Assembly (NCBI GenBank): GCA_032718475.1
Contig: JAUCBJ010000075.1
Location: 1 to 64,000 of the forward strand
Reading direction: 5' to 3'
DNA length: 64,000 nt
Origin: Nemertoderma westbladi
Taxonomy: Eukaryota; Animalia; Xenacoelomorpha
Shown here piece by piece: positions 61,201 through 64,000 of this stretch; the first letter of the stretch is position 1, and each line of letters opens with the position of its first letter. Under the pieces are notes generated by a model. That model was not told the DNA's origin and made no database searches. It saw only the letters and a list, made by a program, of their open reading frames with translations. A program made the translations under genes and the position numbers.

Positions 61201-63243
61201 CCAGGTTAGTTGGAACACGGAACAACATCCCACAGACTGGCAGAGGTGCAGGACGCATTAACCCATGTTAGTTTGAACACGGAACAACAGCACACAGACT
61301 GGTACAGGTGCAGGCCGCAGTAACCCATGTTAGTTTGAACACGGAACAACATCCCACAGACTGGCAGAGGTGCAGGACGCATTAACCCATGTTAGTTTGA
61401 ACACGGAACAACAGCACACAGACTGGTACAGGTGCAGGCCGCAGTAACCCATGTTAGTTTGAACACGGAACAACAGCACACAGACTGGCTGAGATGCAGG
61501 CCACAGTACCCCAGGTTAGTTGGAACACGGAACAACAGCACACAGACTGGTACAGGTACAGGCCGCAGTAACCCAGGTTAGTTGGAACACGGAACAACAG
61601 CACACAGACTGGTACAGGTACAGGCCGCAGTAACCCAGGTTAGTTGGAACACGGAACAACAGCACACAGACTGGTGCAGGTCGCAGTAACCCAGGTTAGT
61701 TGGAACACGGAACAACATCCCACAGACTGGCACAGGTGCAGGCCGCAGTATCCCAGGTTAGTTGGACCACGGAACAACAGCACACAGACTGGTACAGGTG
61801 CAGGCCGCAGTAACCCAGGTTAGTTGGAACACGGAACAACATCACAAAGACTGGCAGAGATGCTGGCCGCAGTAACCCAGGTTAGTTGGACCAAGGAACA
61901 ACATCACACAGACTGGTGCAGGTCGCAGTAACCCAGGTTAGTTGGAACACGGAACAACATCCCACAGACTGGCACAGGTGCAGGCCGCAGTATCCCAGGT
62001 TAGTTGGACCACGGAACAACAGCACACAGACTGGTACAGGTGCAGGCCGCAGTAACCCAGGTTAGTTGGAACACGGAACAACATCACAAAGACTGGCAGA
62101 GATGCTGGCCGCAGTAACCCAGGTTAGTTGGACCACGGAACAACAGCACACAGACTGGTGCAGGTCGCAGTAACCCAGGTTAGTTGGAACACGGAACAAC
62201 ATCCCACAGACTGGCATAGGTGCAGGCCACAGTAACCCAGGTTAATTGGAACACGGAACAACAGCAAACAGACTGGCACAGTAACCCAGGTTAGTTGGAA
62301 CATGACATAACATCACACAGACTGGCAGAGATGCAGGCCGCAGTAACCCAGGTTAGTTGGACCAAGGAACAACAGCAAACAGACTGGCACAGTAACCCAG
62401 GTTAGTTGGACCACGGAACAACATCCCACAGACTGGCACAGGTGCAGGCCGCAGTATCCCAGGTTAGTTGGACCACGGAACAACATCACACAGACTGGCA
62501 GAGGTGCAGGCCACAGTAACCCAGGTTAATTGGAACACGGAACAACAGCAAACAGACTGGCACAGTAACCCAGGTTAGTTGGACCACGGAACAACATCCC
62601 ACAGACTGGCACAGGTGCAGGCCGCAGTATCCCAGGTTAGTTGGACCACGGAACAACATCACACAGACTGGCTGAGGTGCAGGACGCAGTAACTCATGTT
62701 AGTTTGAACAGGGAACAACAGCACACAGACTGGTACAGGTGAAGGCCGCAGTAACCCAGGTTAGTTGGAACATGGAACAACATCACACAGACTGGCAGAG
62801 GTGCAGGCCACAGTAACCCAGGTTAATTGGAACACGGAACAACAGCAAACAGACTGGCACAGTAACCCAGGTTAGTTGGAACATGACATAACATCACACA
62901 GACTGGCAGAGATGCAGGCCGCAGTAACCCAGGTTAGTTGGACCACGGAACAACAGCACACAGACTGCTGACTGGTGCAGGTCGCAGTAACCCAGGTTAG
63001 TTGGAAAACGGAACAACAGCAAACAAACTGGCAGAGGTACAGGCCGCAGTCACTCAGGTTAGTTGGAACACGGAACAACAGCAAACAAACTGGCAGAGGT
63101 ACCCAGGTTAGTTGGAACACGGAACAACATCACACGGACTGGTTGAGGTGCAGGCCGCAGTAACCCAGGTTAGTTGGAACACGGAACAACATCACACAGA
63201 CTGGCTGAGGTGCAGGCCGCAGTAACCCTGGTTAGTTGGAACA
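58233..63243 (+). repeat. 62-bp satellite array (~5 kb, ~80 units) with local higher-order repeats
   Basis: Unit AGTAACCCAGGTTAGTTGGAACACGGAACAACAGCACACAGACTGGTACAGGTGCAGGCCGC; a 180-bp three-unit repeat at ~60720-61230; 56- and 50-bp variants toward the right. Confidence 0.97.
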
Positions 63244-64000
63244 ACAATGTCGAAGCATCGACATCCAATATCGAGCGCTTCATCTTTATATTGAATTGTT
63301 TTTTTTCCATAAAATTTCGCATTTTATACTGGTATCTAATATTATAAGTTCTTTCCTTTTTCATCTACTCAAGGTGAAATATACCCAATAATAAATAATA
63401 ATTATTATTTAATAAACTAATTATTGATTTAATATAACATTTTTACACAGTATTTATTAACTACTATTATTAGCTAATAACATTGCAATGCAAATGAGCG
63501 GACGAACTGGGAAAATAATACAGTAAAAAAGTTACTGTATGACACAGTAGGTATGTAATCTAAACATAACGAACCCAAACACGGCTAAGGGCAATTACAT
63601 CCTGTAAAATACTAGAATTGCACCTGAAGATTTAAGAAGATGCTATTTTTCATGCGCAATAAGAGTGTAGTGAAAACAAAATTCTACATTATTTAAAACT
63701 AACTTAATAATTTAATTTTCAAATAAACATTAATAATTTGTTAAAAGAATTCGATTGGCGACAGTGAAATAAAAGTAAAATAAAATAAATTATCTCTCCG
63801 AAGGGGGGGGGGGGGGGGGGGGTGCATAACTCGGAGACATTGTATGCCATCCTTGTGAATCAATTCAATAAATGCACCAAATATTATACCGGTAAATGCC
63901 AGTCATGCACCAATTTAAGCCGGCTAGAAAGCCAATAAAAATGAATTCAACAATACACACGATTTCAATATAACAAATAATAATGACGGTCTTTTTTATG

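Noticed and set aside
60718-61233. 171-aa Cys-rich repeat ORF, and similar ORFs at 62872-63364
   Set aside because: By-products of the 180-bp satellite higher-order repeat.
58233-63243. CRISPR-like look of a constant palindromic segment alternating with a variable segment
   Set aside because: The variable parts are a few recurring variants of one sequence, not unique spacers; there are no cas genes and the context is eukaryotic.

Overview
Eukaryotic, AT-rich and almost entirely transposon-derived 64 kb window, most likely from an invertebrate animal (host not identifiable from sequence alone). Main contents: (1) two complete BEL/Pao LTR retrotransposons placed back-to-back. Element A (21103-32244, minus, TSD GTGTC) is a Gag-protease-only deletion derivative with an intact ORF. 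Element B (32503-48274, plus, TSD TATGA) is full length but has a nonsense codon and YMDN in RT. (2) A third, older BEL element C (from ~2800 to ~17370), split by a 5'-truncated CR1-type LINE, which is itself split by a 9 kb APE-RT LINE whose giant ORF1 carries a 33-bp mucin-like repeat and a Ulp1/C48-like protease domain. (3) Helentron-like, foldback and hAT-like non-autonomous elements and tandem arrays (143, 315, 19, 30 and 62 bp units). (4) One candidate host gene for a small secreted 14-Cys protein. Top finding: neither complete BEL element has a tRNA-type (TGG) primer-binding site. Instead the 11-12 nt right after each 5' LTR are complementary to a site ~434 nt inside that element's own LTR, and the two sites co-vary between A and B. 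This points to Tf1-like self-primed reverse transcription in a BEL/Pao lineage. These elements also carry a ~3.2 kb 3' accessory region with an unknown Zn-finger-like ORF, an antisense mini-ORF and a conserved 42-nt non-coding motif. All counts and alignments were made by eye.
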